From: Candidatus Cloacimonadales bacterium
GTDB taxonomy: Bacteria > Cloacimonadota > Cloacimonadia > Cloacimonadales > JAIOQZ01
Assembly: GCA_963674825.1 (NCBI GenBank)
Contig: OY771587.1
Span: 3,456,001-3,520,000, forward strand
Length of the DNA: 64,000 nt
Reading direction: 5' to 3'
In this document: one piece after another, positions 59,234-64,000 of the stretch
How positions within the stretch are numbered: position 1 is the stretch's first letter
Layout: each line of letters starts with the position of its first letter
Made by a program: the position numbers and the translations under genes
Notes under the pieces: generated by a model
What the model saw: only the letters and a program-made list of their open reading frames with translations
What the model was told of the DNA's origin: nothing
The model's database searches: none

Positions 59234-59676
59234 GAGACAAGCTGTTTCAGGACCTTAAAGATATCCAAAAAGAAATGGTCCGCATTCTTGGAGAAGTAAA
59301 CACCCTCGCTTCGGGTCCCATGGCGGTAACCCACGAGATGGAAGATACCTGGAAGCCTCATTGTGACGTCTTTCGTGACGATAAGGAGCTAATCATTCTT
59401 TTCGATCTCGCCGGGGTGAACAAGAAGTCTGTACATATCAGCACCAGCCGGGAATATCTCAAGATTTCCGGCGAGCGTATCCCCTGCGAAAGCTGTGATG
59501 ACCTCTACTACTACACCATGGAGATCGAAACGGGGCGCTTCGAACGAAAGGTCTATTTCCCGGACGTAAACATCAACCGCGACGCACCGAAAGTGACCTA
59601 CGATGAAGGATTTCTGCGCGTGGTTTTCCCTATCGTACCAGCACGGGAAAAAACGATCGAGGTCGAGATCGATTGA
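59230..59676 (+). CDS. Hsp20/alpha-crystallin family small heat shock protein
   Basis: W.PHCDV, DLAGV.K, LKISGER, EIETGRFER, YDEGFLRV..P. Confidence 0.9.
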   Translation: MRDKLFQDLKDIQKEMVRILGEVNTLASGPMAVTHEMEDTWKPHCDVFRDDKELIILFDLAGVNKKSVHISTSREYLKISGERIPCESCDDLYYYTMEIETGRFERKVYFPDVNINRDAPKVTYDEGFLRVVFPIVPAREKTIEVEID

Positions 59677-60434
59677 CAGACAATAGGAACAATCACTGGC
59701 AGGATAACCTCTGCGTTATCCTTGTGGAACCGGTATATAAAGGAAATGTAGGCGCAATTTCGCGCACCATGAACAACTTCGGATTCTCCGAGTTGCGTAT
59801 CGTAGGTGAGATCCCTACCCAGTCGGATCATTTTGTCGCCGTGCACTCGGAAGATATCCTCAATAATGCGAAGGTCTTCGATACATTTGAGGAAGCTGTA
59901 GCGGATTTTGATAGACTTATCGCTATCTCGCGTCGGAAAGGTCGCAAGAAACCTGTCGATATGCTACCGGAAGCTTTAGGTGATATCATCCGACAGAATA
60001 TGGGTAACCGCATCGGGATTGTCTTCGGCCGCGAGACCTATGGATTGAAAGACGAGGAAGCCGACCGATGTCACTTCCGTTGCTATATTCCCGCACAGCC
60101 CGAATTCCCCTCTCTTAACCTCTCCAACGCCGTTGGCGTCATCCTTTACGAGATTTACCGCTCCATGACGACGCCTATCACTGAGACTGTTGAAGATTCT
60201 GCTGCCCCTTTGGACGAAGTGGAAGCCAGCTTGAAATTCATCGAGAGTATTCTGGAGCAATTCGAGTACGATAAGGTCGGCGATATCCCAAAATCGATGA
60301 GGATAATGCGCGAACTGGTGTTGCGCTCCAACCTTAATATCTGGGAGACAGATGAGTTGCGGAAAATCTTCAACCGTTTATTGATCCAGCACGGCAATCG
60401 TGGCTTGAGGTGGAAGGACTTTTTCGACCAATGA
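59673..60434 (+). CDS. trmJ: TrmJ/LasT family SPOUT tRNA methyltransferase
   Basis: VILVEP...[31 protein letters not shown]. Confidence 0.85.
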   Translation: MTDNRNNHWQDNLCVILVEPVYKGNVGAISRTMNNFGFSELRIVGEIPTQSDHFVAVHSEDILNNAKVFDTFEEAVADFDRLIAISRRKGRKKPVDMLPEALGDIIRQNMGNRIGIVFGRETYGLKDEEADRCHFRCYIPAQPEFPSLNLSNAVGVILYEIYRSMTTPITETVEDSAAPLDEVEASLKFIESILEQFEYDKVGDIPKSMRIMRELVLRSNLNIWETDELRKIFNRLLIQHGNRGLRWKDFFDQ

Positions 60435-62578
60435 GAAAGCTTGCGCTGCTCTTCATCCTTCTCTTCACGCTATTGTTCTCCAGCCTCTTCGCAAGGCAGA
60501 AGATCGGTCTGGCGCTCAGCGGTGGCGGTGCGCGATGTCTGGCGCATATTGGCGTTCTAAAGGTGCTCGACGAATACGGGATTGTCCCTGATCAGATATC
60601 CGGTACCAGCATGGGCGCAGTGATCGCGACTTTCTATGCGCTCGGGTGGAGTTCTGATGACATTGCAGCTCTCTTCGAAGATGAGGACTGGCAACACCTG
60701 CTAACCGATACTATTTCTCGAGAAGACTATTACACCGGCGAAAAACGCTGGGGTCCCAACGCGAATTACTATTTCCGCATCGACGACGATTTCAATCCGC
60801 AGCTTCCACGCAGCTTCCTGAGTGGCAACAAAGTGCTAATGGAACTCTTCGATCTCACCTACCCGTACATATATGAAACCAACTTTGATTCGCTGGCAAT
60901 ACCGCTTCGAATCGTGGCAACCGATATCGAGACTGGTAAGCCCGTGATTTTCAAAGACGGTGCATTGCATGAAGTGCTGCTTGCTTCTCTAACATTTCCA
61001 TCAGTGTTAGCTCCTTTCAAGGCTCAGGGGCACTACTGTGCGGATGGCGGAATCGTGATGAATCTGCCTATCCAGGCTCTGGACGAATCGGATATCTGCA
61101 TCGGCGTGAAAACCAATTCATCCCTAAAACCTTCCCGCGAACTCGACGATGTAATCGATGTGCTCAATCAGAGTATGAACATCAATATGAGCTGGCGTGT
61201 AGACCAGGCACTTTCAGAATGTGATCTTCTGATCTGCCCGAAGCTGGACGATGTTGGACTATTCGACTTTGACCAGAAAGACCGCATTATCGCGGCTGGT
61301 GAAGCGGCGGCACGCGAGAAAATCGATACGCTTCTTAAGCTGTGGAAGCAGAATGGGAAGTGGAAATCGCGCCGTCAGGCCAGGAAGACAGGTCCTGTCT
61401 GCATTTCCAGCATCGATGTGGAAGGCAATTATTACATGTCTTCTTCAAAAATCCGTGAATACGCCGGTATGAAAGTTGGTTATTCGTATTCACTCGAAGA
61501 ACTGCTTAAAAATTTTGAGCGTGCATATAATTCGAGGCTTTTTGAGTATATCTATCCAACACTTACACCTGAAGATAACGGCTATCATATGATAATCCAC
61601 ATTAAGGAGAACGAGCGCCGAAAACTTGGCATCAATGCCCGTTATAACGACATCGATGAGCTCACGATTGGCGGCTCCTTGGAATACACTAACTACCTCC
61701 AACGAAATTCGAAGATGATCGTCAATCTCAACGTGGGCGGAATTCAGGAGGTTAACGCCGATTACGTCAAAAACTTCGGCAAACTCTGGGGCGTTTATTT
61801 CCGCGTGTTTCCATACCTTCGTTACGAGCGGTTCTATTTATATAACGATATGCACGAAAAGACAGGCAGTATCCGCTCGAAAGAGCTTGGGGCAAATCTT
61901 GGTGTTGGCTTTTTCGCCCCGTTCGATACCATTATCGAAGGATTTCTTTACTCTTACCAGCGCGAGTTTTACCGCGATGTCTCTGCCGAGAACTATGTAG
62001 AGAACTTCAACCGCTCTACGGGAGCAGGACTGAAAATATACTCAGAGACGCTCGATGACTTCATGATTCCCATGCGTGGCCGGCAGATTATGCTGAAATT
62101 CATCACCTCAACCGACGATTTCTACAGTGATGCAAGCTATGAACGATTCTATAGCAGGATTACATTCGCTGTTCCGGTTATAAAACAGGTGGCGATCATT
62201 GGCCGGTTCGAGTACGGTGCCTATCTGCACGATCAGGCCGTAGATTTCGATCCATTCTATATCGGTGGATATGACAGCTATGTTGGATTCAACGAAAAGG
62301 AATACAGCGCGCCCAATTACAAGATCACTTCGGGATCGCTACGATTCAGCCTTCCCTGGAGCCTTTATCTGGATCTTCAAATGAATGGCGCGAAATACGG
62401 CAACGTAGATGACTGGCGTCCTTCTGAAGATATGGAATGGGGCTATGGCGTCAAACTCGCCTACAAATCCTTCCTCGGACCCATTCGCGGTGGTGTAGGG
62501 TTTATGCCGGAACGCAAGCCGGTCTATTATCTCTCCATTGGCTATGACATCGACGCATTCGAGTTTTCAAGAAGGTAA
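60431..62578 (+). CDS. Third patatin-POTRA-barrel (PlpD-like) protein
   Basis: Start MRKLALL (ATGA overlap); GGGARC, GTSMG, DGG; POTRA-like IDVEGN; SFLGPI...YYLSIGY. Confidence 0.87.
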   Translation: MRKLALLFILLFTLLFSSLFARQKIGLALSGGGARCLAHIGVLKVLDEYGIVPDQISGTSMGAVIATFYALGWSSDDIAALFEDEDWQHLLTDTISREDYYTGEKRWGPNANYYFRIDDDFNPQLPRSFLSGNKVLMELFDLTYPYIYETNFDSLAIPLRIVATDIETGKPVIFKDGALHEVLLASLTFPSVLAPFKAQGHYCADGGIVMNLPIQALDESDICIGVKTNSSLKPSRELDDVIDVLNQSMNINMSWRVDQALSECDLLICPKLDDVGLFDFDQKDRIIAAGEAAAREKIDTLLKLWKQNGKWKSRRQARKTGPVCISSIDVEGNYYMSSSKIREYAGMKVGYSYSLEELLKNFERAYNSRLFEYIYPTLTPEDNGYHMIIHIKENERRKLGINARYNDIDELTIGGSLEYTNYLQRNSKMIVNLNVGGIQEVNADYVKNFGKLWGVYFRVFPYLRYERFYLYNDMHEKTGSIRSKELGANLGVGFFAPFDTIIEGFLYSYQREFYRDVSAENYVENFNRSTGAGLKIYSETLDDFMIPMRGRQIMLKFITSTDDFYSDASYERFYSRITFAVPVIKQVAIIGRFEYGAYLHDQAVDFDPFYIGGYDSYVGFNEKEYSAPNYKITSGSLRFSLPWSLYLDLQMNGAKYGNVDDWRPSEDMEWGYGVKLAYKSFLGPIRGGVGFMPERKPVYYLSIGYDIDAFEFSRR

Positions 62579-62585
62579 AAAAGCT

Positions 62586-62936
62586 ATGACGAGGTTTTTC
62601 CTGCCCATTATTCTGCTGATCGGTTCGAATCTGTTCATGACATATGCCTGGTATGGCCATCTAAAGGATTTTGGGACAAAACCGCTCTGGATTGTTATCT
62701 TTCTGAGTTGGGGAATTGCTCTGTTCGAATATTGCCTTCAGGTTCCGGCTAACCGAATCGGTTTCCAGACCTACTCTTTACCGCAACTCAAGATCATCCA
62801 GGAAGTTATCACCATGACAGTCTTTGCACTGTTTTGCCTGATCTATATGCGTCAGCGACTTACGCTGGACTATCTATGGGCGAGTTTTTGCCTTCTGGGT
62901 GCTGTTTATTTCATCTTCAGGAAAGGAATCGGATAA
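62586..62936 (+). CDS. DMT family small membrane protein (DUF486-type)
   Basis: SNLFMTYAWYGHLK, SWGIALFEYCLQVPANRIG, QLKIIQEVIT. Confidence 0.9.
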   Translation: MTRFFLPIILLIGSNLFMTYAWYGHLKDFGTKPLWIVIFLSWGIALFEYCLQVPANRIGFQTYSLPQLKIIQEVITMTVFALFCLIYMRQRLTLDYLWASFCLLGAVYFIFRKGIG

Positions 62937-63676
62937 TGCTTCATCACAAGATAACTGCCGAACGAATCAAGCCCATTCCGCCGCGCGGAGCTATGATTTT
63001 CTTCCTTATATATGGCTTGTTGCTGGCTGGTGCAACGATCTTCGTCATGCCGTTTCTGGAAGCCTATGGCTGGATGAATATCGTGGCGTGGTTCTTCTGC
63101 GGTTCCGTATTCGTTTTCATGCCATTACTGGTCCACGCGTTGATTATCGCAAAAAAGGAAGGCCGTAACGGTATCCTCGATCGCCTGCGAGTGAAGAAGA
63201 TGACAGTAAGCGATTGGAAATGGTTTCTGATCGGCTTTGTTGCGATTGGTCTGGGAACCGGGGTGATCTTGGGTATCAATAAGCTGCTGGTTTCGATGTT
63301 CCCATTCATTCCCGTTCTGGACATGCAGCCACCCTTCATGCATTTTTATGGTTTTGAGCCCTCTCAACGCTGGATGCTGCTCTTGTGGTTGCCCTCGTAC
63401 CTCTTTATAATATTCGGTGAGGAATTCATGTGGCGTGGGATTCTTCTCCCCCGCATGGAAAAGCACAACAACAAGACCTCATGGCTATGGAACGCACTGC
63501 TGTGGCTATGTTTTCACGCCGCCTTTGGAATCGATCTGATGATCGTGCTCCTGCCCATCATCCTCGTTGTCCCGTATGTCGTCTGGAAAAGGAAAAACAC
63601 GACGCTCGGAATCCTGCTGCATGGCCTCTACAACGGTGCCGGGTTCCTCGTAGTAGCTTTTGGGCTCGTTGCTTAG
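62936..63676 (+). CDS. CPBP/Abi (CAAX protease-like) intramembrane metalloprotease
   Basis: EEFMWRG, FH and HGLYN motifs; multiple TM helices; TAATG overlap. Confidence 0.88.
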   Translation: MLHHKITAERIKPIPPRGAMIFFLIYGLLLAGATIFVMPFLEAYGWMNIVAWFFCGSVFVFMPLLVHALIIAKKEGRNGILDRLRVKKMTVSDWKWFLIGFVAIGLGTGVILGINKLLVSMFPFIPVLDMQPPFMHFYGFEPSQRWMLLLWLPSYLFIIFGEEFMWRGILLPRMEKHNNKTSWLWNALLWLCFHAAFGIDLMIVLLPIILVVPYVVWKRKNTTLGILLHGLYNGAGFLVVAFGLVA

Positions 63677-63911
63677 CGAAATTCTATTCGAAGTTTATAA
63701 AAACCTATTGAAGAAATCACGTATAACGAACACGATTATTCCTGATTAAAGAACCCTATCTCCTTGACACTCAATTGGTAAGTGCCATTACGACGCAAAT
63801 GAGAATGAGTCTCAATATCTGTTAGTCCACAAAATCGCATAAATAGTAAAGTTTTCAATTGACAGCGTCATCATTATCGAAGAAATGAGTTTCGAAATGG
63901 AAGGAGTTGCA

Positions 63912-64000
63912 ATGATTGAAATCGATACAATTCGCGATCGCAAACAGGCAACTTATTCTCAAAAATCGAATCCAATACGATTCCAACATTCAATACGATC
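63912..64000 (+). CDS. Probable start of a gene running off the window
   Basis: AAGGAG RBS then ATG ATT GAA..., open to the window end; TTGACA upstream. Confidence 0.4.
   Translation, partial: MIEIDTIRDRKQATYSQKSNPIRFQHSIR

Overview
64 kb of bacterial chromosome with no rRNA, CRISPR array, transposase or integrase. It most likely comes from a diderm FCB-affiliated anaerobe such as Candidatus Cloacimonadota. That is an inference from four proteins with FlgD/T9SS-type (NxPNPF/A) C-terminal sorting tails, LPS heptose kinase and many outer-membrane barrels. Housekeeping content: der-plsY-purF-rfaE1, yicC-rnr, udk, trmJ, cutC, hsp20 and tRNA-Ala(CGC). Envelope and secreted proteins: three patatin-POTRA-Omp85 (PlpD-like) genes, a ComEA-HhH barrel/FadL-PorV-like barrel/5'-nucleotidase operon, a triplet of Ig-like paralogs and an atypical pilin. 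The best non-annotated signals are: (1) umuD and umuC are split by a tetR cassette, and each sits behind a homologous promoter with a shared palindrome CGTTNCR-N4-TGNAACR (candidate new SOS box); umuC also has a hairpin-repeat leader ORF coupled to its start. (2) A dif-like XerCD site at 38278-38305, with an orphan CI/Cro-like switch about 3 kb away. (3) Two unrelated sensors (PAS and TPR) end in the same His-box domain with no ATPase domain. (4) A cobalamin riboswitch controls a BtuG-like beta-propeller with a secretion tail. All functional calls come from reading motifs by eye; no searches were run.
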